From Dubosiella newyorkensis (GTDB lineage: Bacteria > Bacillota_I > Bacilli_A > Erysipelotrichales > Erysipelotrichaceae): DNA of 32,000 nt. The stretch covers positions 30,001 to 62,000 of the forward strand of contig NZ_MPKA01000065.1 in NCBI RefSeq assembly GCF_001945605.1, written 5' to 3'. The notes beneath the pieces are model-generated. The model saw nothing but the letters and a program-made list of their open reading frames with translations, did not search any database and had not been told where the DNA came from. A program made the position numbers and the translations under genes. This document shows positions 17,813 to 26,449 of this stretch, piece by piece (the stretch's first letter is position 1; the number at the start of each line of letters is the position of its first letter).

Positions 17813-18874
17813 CTAAAATGTCGTCAATAGCGAAAGCGGAGAAAGGAGCACTTGGTAGACGACGATCACAAGCGCGCCCATGCTCAAATACGAGAGGACA
17901 CTGATCCATTTCACGATATGAGCGCACCCTTTTTGAAGTTCCTTTTCTTTCTTTTGAACGTAGAGCCTTAAAAGTCGATGCAGATCTTGACATTCCATCC
18001 CGATCTGGAAAAAATCGCAAAATTCCGTCTCAAGATCACAAAAACACCGTTCGATCGCCTCTCCATGAGCTAGCCTTTGATAGGCGTTTCGAGCCGTCAT
18101 CCTCACATGCGCCTGCCCATTCAGAGAAGAGAGAAGCTGAAGCGTTTCCATCGAAGAAAGTTGAGGAGAAAGAACGCCTTCAAAAAACAAGGCGAACTGC
18201 ATCGAATAATACATTTGAAGAAACGGGATTTTTTGAAGCTGCTTTTCAACCCAAGGAATGGGATGTTCGACATAGACATAGAAGAAAAGAAGAAAAAAAG
18301 CGCCAAGAAAAACACTCAAAATTAGCATGATCGCCTTGAGAACCCTTAAAAAAAGAGCTTCCTGATCGATATAGGCCATCATTTGCGGCAAGATCGTATC
18401 GATAAAAAAGAGAGTCATTAAAAAAGAAAAGAAAAAGATCGTGACAGGATAGAGAAGTTTTTGCGCCATTGAAAAAAAATGTTTTTTCGAATAAGCATTC
18501 ACATGTTCTAAAAGCGTAGCGGCATCCTTCAAAGACATATGCCTGGCTAGTTCACACAACTTAAGACAAAATGGATCGTTCATGCTCGAAAGAATATTGA
18601 ACAGCTCCTCTCCTTTCTCAAGTCGAGCTAAGATCGCTTTAGAATCCGAAAACGAAAGCTCGATCTGCTTCTTGATTGGGATCCCGCTTTGCGAAAGAAG
18701 AAGAAAAATCGACAATTCATGCTTGAAGCGCTTGGATGTCAAATTTGGCTTGCTCGTCTTCGATCCTATTCGACTCCAAAGCTCTTTGGATCCTTTGCTC
18801 CAAGCGAACATGGTTTGTTGAATATTCTTTGGCAAGAAGGATCGTCTCCGCTTCTTTACGGTCGACGATTTCAT
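17813..18874 (-). CDS. comGB: ComGB, type II secretion / type IV pilus platform protein (GspF family)
   Basis: Polytopic membrane protein with the GspF-like two-repeat layout, immediately downstream of comGA. ATG 18874 has a strong SD (AAAGGAG, 7-nt spacing) but lies 158 nt inside comGA. An alternative start is ATG 18808. Confidence 0.8.
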   Translation of the reverse strand: MKSSTVKKRRRSFLPKNIQQTMFAWSKGSKELWSRIGSKTSKPNLTSKRFKHELSIFLLLSQSGIPIKKQIELSFSDSKAILARLEKGEELFNILSSMNDPFCLKLCELARHMSLKDAATLLEHVNAYSKKHFFSMAQKLLYPVTIFFFSFLMTLFFIDTILPQMMAYIDQEALFLRVLKAIMLILSVFLGAFFLLFFYVYVEHPIPWVEKQLQKIPFLQMYYSMQFALFFEGVLSPQLSSMETLQLLSSLNGQAHVRMTARNAYQRLAHGEAIERCFCDLETEFCDFFQIGMECQDLHRLLRLYVQKKEKELQKGCAHIVKWISVLSYLSMGALVIVVYQVLLSPLSLLTTF

Positions 18875-19712
18875 AAATACACTCCTTTCTGCTAGAGGGC
18901 GTTTGATAAAGCCGTTGCGCGAATACGCCGCTTACAAGCCCAATTAGATCATAGGCTTCGATCCCAAAATCAAGAAGTCGAAAAAGCGCCTCTTTCGCAT
19001 TTCCCGCATGAATGGTCGAGACGACTAAATGACCAGAAAGCGCGCAATTGACCATCTTCTTGGCGCAATAGGCGCTGCGGATCTCGCCAATATAAATAAT
19101 GTCTGGATCGTGACGCATGAGCTGTTCAATCCCCTTTTCGTATGTGAACCCTTCTTCCTCGTTGACTTGAAGCTGAACGAAGAGCGGATCTTGGATCTCG
19201 ACCGGATCTTCAAGAGAGACGATCTTGTACCGTTTGGATAAAGCGATCTCATGCAAGATCGCGTGGATCGTCGTCGTTTTCCCTGAATTGGTCGGTCCGC
19301 ACGCTAAAAACAAGCCTTGTCGAAAATGCGTGAGCTGCTTCATGAAATCGATCGCTTCTTGATCGCTTGTCAACTCTTCGATCTTTAGATCGCTCTTCAT
19401 AGCGAATAGGCGTAACACTCCTGTTTCAAGATGCTGGTTATGCAAGATCGAAAAACGCGCGTCGATCTTCTTTCCTTGGATCTCGATCGAAAACGAACCC
19501 GACTGCGGAAGTTTTGGATTGGTCAGATCGAGTCCGGCAATAAATTTCAAATAAGAAAAAAGCTTAGGATCCCATAGATCTTGATGAAGCGAACACATTC
19601 CTTTGGCCGTTCGCAACTGGATCTGAAGATGCTCGTCGTTTTTATAAAAGTGCAGATCGCTCGCCTTCTTGTTCAAAGCATATTCGATCAATTGTTCAAG
19701 TTGATGTCTCAA
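18717..19712 (-). CDS. comGA: ComGA, competence pseudopilus assembly ATPase (GspE / PilB family)
   Basis: Walker A GPTNSGKTTT, Walker B-like DPDIIYIGEIR, and a His box (VVSTIHA). The start codon is TTG (19712) with GAGGGGGG 6 nt upstream; the track prints it as M. Confidence 0.9.
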   Translation of the reverse strand: MRHQLEQLIEYALNKKASDLHFYKNDEHLQIQLRTAKGMCSLHQDLWDPKLFSYLKFIAGLDLTNPKLPQSGSFSIEIQGKKIDARFSILHNQHLETGVLRLFAMKSDLKIEELTSDQEAIDFMKQLTHFRQGLFLACGPTNSGKTTTIHAILHEIALSKRYKIVSLEDPVEIQDPLFVQLQVNEEEGFTYEKGIEQLMRHDPDIIYIGEIRSAYCAKKMVNCALSGHLVVSTIHAGNAKEALFRLLDFGIEAYDLIGLVSGVFAQRLYQTPSSRKECIYEIVDRKEAETILLAKEYSTNHVRLEQRIQRALESNRIEDEQAKFDIQALQA

Positions 19713-19769
19713 ACATATCCCCCCTCTTATTCAATACGACAAAATTTCAAAAAATGGCCCCAAAAAGTT

Positions 19770-19796
19770 AAAAAAAAATGAGAAGCAGAGCTTCTC
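19770..19796 (-). terminator. rho-independent terminator after the MBL hydrolase gene
   Basis: 7-bp stem GAGAAGC/GCTTCTC (19780-19786 with 19790-19796), 3-nt loop, then a 9-nt T run on the transcribed strand. It overlaps the stop codon at 19795-19797. Confidence 0.7.
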
Positions 19797-20406
19797 AATA
19801 CCGAAAATATGGATTCCAACGCATTTCTTGACCAATACTCGTGCTCGGACCATGACCTGGATAAACACGAAGATCGGGATCGAGCGTTTTCAAATAATGG
19901 ATCGACTCGATCATATCCTTCTCGCTTCCACTCGGAAGATCGACACGACCCACCGAACCTTGGAAGAGGACATCGCCTGTGAACACGTCGTTTCCGATTT
20001 GCAAAATCGTCGAACCGATCGTGTGGCCTGGCAAAGTTTTCGCGAACACTTTGAAGGCGCCAATATTCTGTTCGCCTTCATGGAGCGGCAACGGTTTGGC
20101 ATGACTCGCGATTTGTTGATAAAAATATTTCGATCCGTTCAGATCTAGATCGTGCAGAAAATCAAATTCTTTCGGATTCATATAGACATCGACATCAAAG
20201 CGTTTTAGAAGCTTGTCGAGTCCGGCGATATGATCAAAATGTCCATGTGTCAAAACGATCGCGTCAAGTTTGGCATCTTCTTGTTTCAAGATGTCTTCTA
20301 ATTGTGGATAATCATCGCCTGGATCAATGAGCAAAGCGTGATGGTCTTTCACGAGCACATAACAGTTCGCTTGTCCAGGCCCTAATGGCTGTGTAATTAT
20401 TTTCAT
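19795..20406 (-). CDS. MBL-fold metallo-hydrolase (glyoxalase II-like)
   Basis: Motif LTHGHFDHIAG (HxHxDH) plus downstream PGHT and GHG metal-ligand positions. 203 aa. Confidence 0.85.
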   Translation of the reverse strand: MKIITQPLGPGQANCYVLVKDHHALLIDPGDDYPQLEDILKQEDAKLDAIVLTHGHFDHIAGLDKLLKRFDVDVYMNPKEFDFLHDLDLNGSKYFYQQIASHAKPLPLHEGEQNIGAFKVFAKTLPGHTIGSTILQIGNDVFTGDVLFQGSVGRVDLPSGSEKDMIESIHYLKTLDPDLRVYPGHGPSTSIGQEMRWNPYFRY

Positions 20407-20422
20407 CTTTTTCTATTTCAAT

Positions 20423-20446
20423 AAAAAAGACCGCAATACGGCCTTT
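20423..20446 (-). terminator. probable rho-independent terminator after rpmG
   Basis: Minus-strand RNA AAAGGCCG-UAUUG-CGGUCUUU forms 8 bp including one G.U pair, followed by a U run. It starts 1-2 nt after the rpmG stop. Confidence 0.45.
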
Positions 20447-20447
20447 C

Positions 20448-20597
20448 TTATCTTTTCTCCTTATGATCTGTTTTTTGATTGCATTTTGGGCAGTATTTTT
20501 TCACCGTCATGCGATCTGGATGTTTTTTCTTATTTCTAGTACCGATGTAGTTTTCTTCCCCACAAACAGAACATTTAAAAGTAATACGATCTCTCAT
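20448..20597 (-). CDS. rpmG: 50S ribosomal protein L33 (zinc-ribbon form)
   Basis: Not in the track (49 aa). Translation is MRDRITFKCSVCGEENYIGTRNKKKHPDRMTVKKYCPKCNQKTDHKEKR with CxxC...CxxC. SD GAGGAGG lies 7 nt upstream of ATG 20597. Confidence 0.9.
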   Translation of the reverse strand: MRDRITFKCSVCGEENYIGTRNKKKHPDRMTVKKYCPKCNQKTDHKEKR

Positions 20598-20624
20598 GGT
20601 CAGACCTCCTCACATTACTGGAAA

Positions 20625-20654
20625 ATAATACCATAAACCCGAAATCGTTGACAA
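20625..20654 (-). promoter_or_regulatory. candidate promoter of rpmG
   Basis: On the minus strand: TTGTCA (20654-20649), an 18-nt spacer, then TATTAT (20630-20625). Confidence 0.4.
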
Positions 20655-20662
20655 GTCTTTCT

Positions 20663-21427
20663 TTATCTCATCGCTTGATGGATCGTTTCGAGCGTTTGAT
20701 TGAGCGCTTTCAGATCGATTTGTCCTGGAGCCGACGCTTGAATTCCTGCTCCAAATGTAAGCGAAGAACCAAAAGCTTCCCCGCTCAGGCGGCTGATCAC
20801 CCCTAGCTTGCCCATGGCCATCGTCGCTAGCGGACACGTCGAATAGTAGCGCTTCATCCGTTCTGTAGCCGACAGCAGTGTTAAAACATCTTGGATCGAA
20901 TTGGGCATAAGCGCGATCTTCAAGACATCGGCTCCCATATCCTGCATTTTGCATAGTCGAGAAATGATTTCTTCTTGATTGGGTGTTTGTTTGAAGTCGT
21001 GGTTGGAAGCGATCACTTTGACTTGCGCTGCGTGGACTTGATCGATGATTTCTTTTACAAGTCCCTCTTCTTTAAAGATCTCGACATCGATCATATCGAC
21101 AAGTTGGCTCTTGGCCATTTCGATATTGAGCGTTTTATAAGTTCGATCGTCGATTTCTTTTACTCCCCCTTCTTTATTGGTCCTGAACGTCATCAAGATC
21201 GGTGTTTCTTGAACGACTTCTCGCAATCGCTTGGCGGCTTGCTTGAGTTTTTCAAGATCTAACACATCATCAAAATGATCGACGCGCCATTCAATCATAT
21301 CGTATTCCATTCCTTTTAGTTGTTTTGCGTCTTGAAGAAGTTCTTCTTGCGTCGAGCTAGTGAGAGGAACGATTACTTTTGGCTTTCCCGCTCCAATTTC
21401 TATTCCGCGGATCTTTACTGTTTTCAT
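20663..21427 (-). CDS. aroD: type I 3-dehydroquinate dehydratase
   Basis: From MKTVKIRGIEIGAGKPKVIVPL...EWRVDHF...MAMG the sequence is AroD-like (254 codons). The first 61 codons of the track ORF (to 21610) are low-complexity, overlap the divergent aroK start, and were discarded. Confidence 0.92.
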   Translation of the reverse strand: MKTVKIRGIEIGAGKPKVIVPLTSSTQEELLQDAKQLKGMEYDMIEWRVDHFDDVLDLEKLKQAAKRLREVVQETPILMTFRTNKEGGVKEIDDRTYKTLNIEMAKSQLVDMIDVEIFKEEGLVKEIIDQVHAAQVKVIASNHDFKQTPNQEEIISRLCKMQDMGADVLKIALMPNSIQDVLTLLSATERMKRYYSTCPLATMAMGKLGVISRLSGEAFGSSLTFGAGIQASAPGQIDLKALNQTLETIHQAMR

Positions 21428-21497
21428 ACTGTCAGTATAAAAGATGTGAAAACAAATGTAAATGATTGAAAAATATAGACTAAGTTTCAATCTTTCT

Positions 21498-21505
21498 TGT
21501 ATAAT
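21498..21505 (+). promoter_or_regulatory. extended -10 element (TGTATAAT) upstream of aroK
   Basis: TGnTATAAT at 21498-21505, 33 nt upstream of ATG 21539. I found no good -35 element. Confidence 0.45.
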
Positions 21506-21538
21506 GAGTGCGTTTATATATAGGAGCATCGAATAAAT

Positions 21539-22042
21539 ATGAATATATTTTTGATTGGTTTTATGGGGGCTGGCAAGAGCACCATCGCGAAGCAATTTGC
21601 CAAAACGCATGGCAAAGAAGTCGTCGAGATGGATGAGCGCATCGCCAAAAGCAATGGAATGTCGATTTCCGAAATTTTCGAAACACGAGGAGAGGCGTAT
21701 TTTCGTGAAGAAGAGACGAAACTGCTTAACGATCTAAGTTCAAAAAAAGATGTGATCGTCTCGTGTGGCGGGGGCGTGGCGATGCGAAAAGAAAATGTCG
21801 ACATCATGAAACAAAGCGGAACGATCGTTCTTCTTAGCGCTGAGCCAAAGACGATCTTAAAGCGCGTGGAAAACGAACACGATCGTCCGCTGCTCGAAAA
21901 CAATAAGACGATCGAGCACATTCAAGAACTCATGGAGGCGCGCAAGCCATTTTATGAATCTGCGGCCGATGTTGTGGTCGTGACGGATGGAAAAAGCGCT
22001 TCAACGATTTGCGAAGAGATCTTCAAGAAGATCCAAGAATAG
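21539..22042 (+). CDS. aroK: shikimate kinase
   Basis: MNIFLIGFMGAGKSTIAK (Walker A at the extreme N-terminus), FR..E and GGG(V) motifs, 167 aa. Confidence 0.92.
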   Translation: MNIFLIGFMGAGKSTIAKQFAKTHGKEVVEMDERIAKSNGMSISEIFETRGEAYFREEETKLLNDLSSKKDVIVSCGGGVAMRKENVDIMKQSGTIVLLSAEPKTILKRVENEHDRPLLENNKTIEHIQELMEARKPFYESAADVVVVTDGKSASTICEEIFKKIQE

Positions 22043-22053
22043 AAAGGATCATT

Positions 22054-22923
22054 ATGTCAAATTCAATTACAGGTCATACAGGGCTTCTTTGCTTGTTAGG
22101 TTCGCCTGTCGCCCACAGTATTTCTCCGGCTATGCATAACGAAGCGTGCAGGCAGCTTGGGCTTGATTATGCCTATCTTGCCTTCGATGTCGATGAAGAG
22201 CATTTGAAGGAGGCTGTCGATGGACTTAAGGCCATGAAGGTGCGTGGATGGAACATCACGATGCCTTGTAAAAATAAAATGTGCGTGTTGGCGGATCGTC
22301 TTTCGCCAGCTTCCGAGATTTCGGGAGCGTGCAATACGATTGTCAATGAAGATGGGATCTTGACTGGCTATACGACAGATGGGATCGGTTTTCGCGAAGC
22401 TTTGAAAGAAGAAGGGTTCTTGCTTCCTGGCAAAAAGATGACGCTTCTTGGAGCTGGAGGTGCGGCGACTGCCATTTTAGTGCAGGCGGCTTTGGATGGT
22501 GTTCAAGAGATCCATGTGTTCAATATCAAGGATCCTTTTTATGATCGTGCCCAGCAGATCGTAAAGACGCTCAACGAAAAGACGAATTGTCATGTAACGC
22601 TGCATGATTTTAGCGATAAAGCTATTTTGAGCGAAGCGATCAAAAATAGCGATCTGCTCGTGAATGGAACGAATGTCGGCATGGCTCCACATACGGATCG
22701 TTCGATCATTCAAGATCCTTCCTTGTTTCATCCAGATTTGTTTGTGTTCGATGTCATCTACAATCCAAAAGAGACCAAGCTTTTAAAGGATGCCAAGGTG
22801 GCGGGTTGTAAAACTGCGAATGGTTTGTATATGCTTTTGTATCAAGGGGCGGCATCGTTCAAGCTATGGACTGGAAAAGAGATGCCGGTGAATATCATCA
22901 AAGAGAAATATTTTTCCAAGTAA
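22054..22923 (+). CDS. aroE: shikimate dehydrogenase
   Basis: GLLGSPVAHSISPAMHN, NITMPCK, NTIVN..G.L.GYTTDG and the Rossmann motif LLGAGGAATA. I place the start at ATG 22054 (SD AAAGGA, just after the aroK stop). The track ORF start at 22009 overlaps aroK. Confidence 0.9.
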   Translation: MSNSITGHTGLLCLLGSPVAHSISPAMHNEACRQLGLDYAYLAFDVDEEHLKEAVDGLKAMKVRGWNITMPCKNKMCVLADRLSPASEISGACNTIVNEDGILTGYTTDGIGFREALKEEGFLLPGKKMTLLGAGGAATAILVQAALDGVQEIHVFNIKDPFYDRAQQIVKTLNEKTNCHVTLHDFSDKAILSEAIKNSDLLVNGTNVGMAPHTDRSIIQDPSLFHPDLFVFDVIYNPKETKLLKDAKVAGCKTANGLYMLLYQGAASFKLWTGKEMPVNIIKEKYFSK

Positions 22924-22950
22924 AAAAGTGGCTCTAAATGCCACTTTTTT
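22922..22950. terminator. bidirectional rho-independent terminator between aroE (+) and the small minus-strand ORF
   Basis: AAAAAAGTGGC-tctaaat-GCCACTTTTTT is an 11-bp stem flanked by A/T runs on both sides. It abuts the aroE stop (22921-22923) and the minus-strand ORF stop (22949-22951). Confidence 0.8.
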
Positions 22951-23128
22951 AGTCGTTATGATCTTCTTCTGAATATTGAGCAATGAAGTCTTCAAGATAG
23001 GCTTGAAACGCTTGAGATTGCGTGATCTTCGCTCGGATACAAGCAATTTTGAACTTTTCGCAAAGTTCGCGTTCGATCTTGAAGGTTTTGGTGATGAGAT
23101 CTTTTTTTTGAGCTTGATTCTCTTTCAC
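22949..23128 (-). CDS. small hypothetical protein, 59 aa, ribbon-helix-helix-like
   Basis: Not in the track (GTG start, 59 aa). GTG 23128 is preceded by AAGGAG 6 nt upstream and lies 22 nt downstream of the PBP stop. Translation is (M)KENQAQKKDLITKTFKIERELCEKFKIACIRAKITQSQAFQAYLEDFIAQYSEEDHND. A beta-strand-like KTFKIE is followed by two amphipathic helices. It ends at the bidirectional terminator. Confidence 0.5.
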   Translation of the reverse strand: MKENQAQKKDLITKTFKIERELCEKFKIACIRAKITQSQAFQAYLEDFIAQYSEEDHND

Positions 23129-23149
23129 GATTTTCTCCTTCTGCTTTTT

Positions 23150-25201
23150 TTATTCTGGATACAATTCAAAATACGTTTTGAGTACAGGTCCGACCACTTC
23201 GGTCGTACAAATATTTGGCGCCACGCTTTGAGAATTGACAGACGAGGTTGGCGACATGCAGGCGAACGATACTTTTGGATCGTCGTAAGGCCCAAAACCA
23301 ACAAGGTTGGCTGTCGTCCATTCGTTGACTTCGGCCGTTCCGGTCTTCGCCGCCATCGGGATTTCCATATCTTTGAGCGGATCGCCGCAGTTGCCGCTTG
23401 TCACACAAGCTCTAAATCCTTCGCGGACTCGATTCAAATACTCTTCATTTTGTTCAGGTAGCGTGGAAATCAGTTTCTTTCCAAAGGCATCGAGAACTTC
23501 ATCGCCGCCGACTTCTTCCGCGTATTCTAAAAAATGCGGTTGATAAAGCGATCCGCTTGTCGCGATCGTCGAAACGTAGGAAAGAAGCTGGACGGGCGTA
23601 TACATATCGAGCTGTCCGATCGAGTAGTTCAGCAAGATTCCCGGGCTCGAGGCGACACCCATATAGCCTTGGACTTCGCCTGGAATATCCAAATTCGTCT
23701 TATTGCCAAGGCCAAAGAGCGAATAGTAGTTCCGCATTTTGTTGAAGGTGCGTTGAAGATCCGAGAAGGCAGGCATCTTTCCTGGAACATAAGTCCCTCC
23801 GCCTAAACGAATAGCAATATGGAACATGTAGACGTTACTGGATACTTCAAGAGCCTGAATGTCGTTGACGGGTCCATGGTTTTCAAAAGAGCCGAACTCT
23901 TCCCCATTCAAGTTCATCACTTCGTCGAGGATGACTTCGCCTGGCGAGACGACATGTTCGCTCAGTCCCATATAGACGGTCGCGCCTTTGATGGCCGATC
24001 CAGGATTGACAAGAGAGACGTAATTGCCCGAGGCAAAATACGTCATCTTTCGGGTTTCTAGATCCATTTGATAGCCGGATAGAGCGAGGAGCGATCCATC
24101 ATTCGGATTTTCCATACACATGAAAAGCGACGAGAAATTTTCTCGGTTTCGAGTTCCCGCGTTTTTTTCAAGAGTGCTTCGCACGGTGTCGTCCATCACT
24201 TGTTGAAGGTCGATGTCTATCGAGATCACGATATCGTTTCCCTTTCGTCCACTTTGGATCATTTCTTTGACGGCGAGTCCATTGGAGTCATAGGTGATCT
24301 TGTTGATTTCATTGGTTCCGGACAAAAGGTCGTTGTATTGATACTCTAGACCGGATTTTCCTACGGGCGCGTTGAGCTGATAGCCTTTGGCTAGATAATA
24401 GTCTTTCGATTCGGCGGGGAGTCCTTCGGTATTGGTGGATACGGTTCCTAGCACGTCGCTGAGCGTTTCTCCATAGGGGTATTCGCGTTTCCATCCGCCA
24501 AAATCGACGTCAAAGCCTGGGAATTCGGTTTTATGTTCCATCAAGTAGGCGACATCGTCGTCTGGAATATCTTCTAGGATCACACTTTCCTGTCCTGTCG
24601 AGAGGTTGCTGATCATGCGTGAATACAAGATATAGGTGACCATTTCTTCGTCGCTCATTTCTTTGAGCTCGTCTTCGCCGATCCTCGAAATCAAAAGTGC
24701 GTAGCGTCGGCTTTCTCTTTCATTTCCCCAAATTCCGCTCGAATACGCTGTTCTTTCTTTTTCGGTGAGAAGATGGTTGGCGGCGTATTCGGGATCGTCG
24801 GCGTCGAGCGTGTTCTTCCATGCGATATAGGCTTCTTTTTTAGCTTGTTCGCTAAAATCGGAAAGTGGCACGTCGAAAACTTTGGCAATGCGGTTGGCGT
24901 AGATCAAATAGTCTTCGGTGCTCATATTGTTTGGCGAAGTGAAGACGATGTTGTGGGAGACGACAGTTTTGGCGAGCACGCGTCCTTTACAGTCGAGGAT
25001 ATTTCCTCTTGGGGCGCTTGTATATTGATAGATCGATGTATAATCATCCTTTTTTTGGACGTAATCATGATAAGAAAAGACTTGTAGATAGATCAAACGA
25101 ATAAAGATCGTTACAAACACGACGGCGATGATGAGCGAGAGCACGCGGATCCGTTTCGAGATGACTCGGTCAATCGCTTTTTGGCGGACCACTTTTTTCA
25201 T
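23150..25201 (-). CDS. class B penicillin-binding protein (PBP2-type transpeptidase)
   Basis: N-terminal membrane anchor VLSLIIAVVFVTIFIRLIY. Transpeptidase motifs SxxK (GSAIKG), SxN (SSN) and KTG(T) (AAKTGTAE). 683 aa. Confidence 0.92.
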   Translation of the reverse strand: MKKVVRQKAIDRVISKRIRVLSLIIAVVFVTIFIRLIYLQVFSYHDYVQKKDDYTSIYQYTSAPRGNILDCKGRVLAKTVVSHNIVFTSPNNMSTEDYLIYANRIAKVFDVPLSDFSEQAKKEAYIAWKNTLDADDPEYAANHLLTEKERTAYSSGIWGNERESRRYALLISRIGEDELKEMSDEEMVTYILYSRMISNLSTGQESVILEDIPDDDVAYLMEHKTEFPGFDVDFGGWKREYPYGETLSDVLGTVSTNTEGLPAESKDYYLAKGYQLNAPVGKSGLEYQYNDLLSGTNEINKITYDSNGLAVKEMIQSGRKGNDIVISIDIDLQQVMDDTVRSTLEKNAGTRNRENFSSLFMCMENPNDGSLLALSGYQMDLETRKMTYFASGNYVSLVNPGSAIKGATVYMGLSEHVVSPGEVILDEVMNLNGEEFGSFENHGPVNDIQALEVSSNVYMFHIAIRLGGGTYVPGKMPAFSDLQRTFNKMRNYYSLFGLGNKTNLDIPGEVQGYMGVASSPGILLNYSIGQLDMYTPVQLLSYVSTIATSGSLYQPHFLEYAEEVGGDEVLDAFGKKLISTLPEQNEEYLNRVREGFRACVTSGNCGDPLKDMEIPMAAKTGTAEVNEWTTANLVGFGPYDDPKVSFACMSPTSSVNSQSVAPNICTTEVVGPVLKTYFELYPE

Positions 25202-25350
25202 CGTCGTTCGTTTTAGCTTATGTTCGATAATTCTCCCCCCTTTTTTTCTATCTTTTAATTATACCGTGATGGTCTGAAAAATCAACGACTCCTCTTTCCT
25301 TCGTCCTGTTTAGAAAAATGGTATATACTGTAGGAAAACGAGGTATAAAT

Positions 25351-26400
25351 ATGAAACGAAATGAAACGAGAAGTGTTCGCGTGGGTGATTTGATCCTTGG
25401 TGGAAACGACGAGGTGATCATTCAGTCGATGTGCAACGTTCCTACAAAAAACGCTAAAGAAGTGATCGAGCAGATCCTCGATCTTGAAGAGATGGGATGT
25501 CAAATGATCCGGGTTTCTTGCATGGATCTCAAGGATGCAGCGGCCATCAAAGAGATCAAAGAAAATATCCATATTCCTTTAGTGGCGGATATTCATTTTG
25601 ATTATAAGCTGGCGCTTGCCTGCATCGAAAATGGGGTGGATAAGATCCGTCTCAATCCGGGGAATATTGGTTCTAGAGAAAATGTGGAAAAGGTCGTCAA
25701 CGCCTGCAAGGAAAAAGGCATTCCGATCCGGATCGGGATCAATTCAGGTTCTTTGGAAAAAGATATTCATGAAAAATATGGCAAGCCGACTGCGGAAGGA
25801 ATGATCGAAAGCGCAAGAAGGCATGTCGAGATCTTGGAGTCGATGGATTTTTACGATACAGTGCTTTCTTTCAAATCGAGCGATCCGCTCTTATGTATCG
25901 AAGCGTATCGTCTTGCGAGCGAGACATTCGATTATCCGCTTCATTTAGGTGTGACGGAGGCTGGAACGATGATGACAAGCGCCATCAAGTCCTCTTTGGC
26001 TCTTGGCAATTTGTTGTTGGACGGGATCGGAAATACGATCCGGATCAGCGTAAATGGAGCTCCACAAAAGGAGATCCCGATCGTCAAAGAGCTTCTGAAG
26101 GATTGTGGTTTATTGAAAAGCGTGCCAAATTTGATCGCGTGTCCAACGTGCGGGCGAACGCAATGGAACATGGAGCCTGTCGTCAATTGGGTCGAATCGT
26201 ATTTACAGAAAGTGAATAAAGAGGTGACGGTTGCGATCATGGGTTGCGCGGTCAATGGGCCTGGCGAAGCGAAACATGCCGATATCGCGATCGCTGGCGG
26301 TAAAGACGAGGGATTGTTGATCAAGCGGGGTGTGATCATCGAAAAGATCCCGCAAGAGAAGATGGTGGAGCGCCTGAAGGAAGAAATTGATGCATTCTAA
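25351..26400 (+). CDS. ispG: 4-hydroxy-3-methylbut-2-en-1-yl diphosphate synthase (flavodoxin)
   Basis: IspG/GcpE-like throughout (VRVGDLILGG...IQSMCN...RINPGNIG...CPTCGR...GCAVNGPGE, giving the three Fe-S Cys). I place the start at ATG 25351 (SD GAGGT 6 nt upstream). The track start at 25318 adds 11 codons. Confidence 0.95.
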   Translation: MKRNETRSVRVGDLILGGNDEVIIQSMCNVPTKNAKEVIEQILDLEEMGCQMIRVSCMDLKDAAAIKEIKENIHIPLVADIHFDYKLALACIENGVDKIRLNPGNIGSRENVEKVVNACKEKGIPIRIGINSGSLEKDIHEKYGKPTAEGMIESARRHVEILESMDFYDTVLSFKSSDPLLCIEAYRLASETFDYPLHLGVTEAGTMMTSAIKSSLALGNLLLDGIGNTIRISVNGAPQKEIPIVKELLKDCGLLKSVPNLIACPTCGRTQWNMEPVVNWVESYLQKVNKEVTVAIMGCAVNGPGEAKHADIAIAGGKDEGLLIKRGVIIEKIPQEKMVERLKEEIDAF

Positions 26401-26449
26401 TACGAATCGAAAGTAAGAGTGTGCTATTTTTTTCTAAAAGGAGGCTGTT

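Noticed and set aside
17802-18020. 73-codon upstream extension of the comGC track ORF.
   Set aside because: It overlaps comGB in another frame. The prepilin leader (MKLRNKTQKQNA/FTLLE) with an SD defines the real start at 17801.
20648-20653. A perfect TTGACA on the plus strand.
   Set aside because: There is no plus-strand gene downstream (aroD runs the other way). It is the complement of the -35-like TTGTCA proposed for rpmG.
21428-21921. 61-codon extension of aroD (to 21610) and the 135-aa minus ORF 21514..21921.
   Set aside because: The extension is low-complexity, AT-rich promoter DNA. The 135-aa ORF is antisense to the well-supported aroK gene.
25202-25240. A G-rich SD-like element (GGGGGGAG) about 29 nt upstream of the PBP ATG, suggesting an upstream non-canonical start (ATT/ATC).
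   Set aside because: There is no ATG, GTG or TTG in frame between it and ATG 25201. MKKVVRQK followed by the membrane anchor is a normal PBP N-terminus. It may belong to leader RNA and is not enough evidence to move the start.
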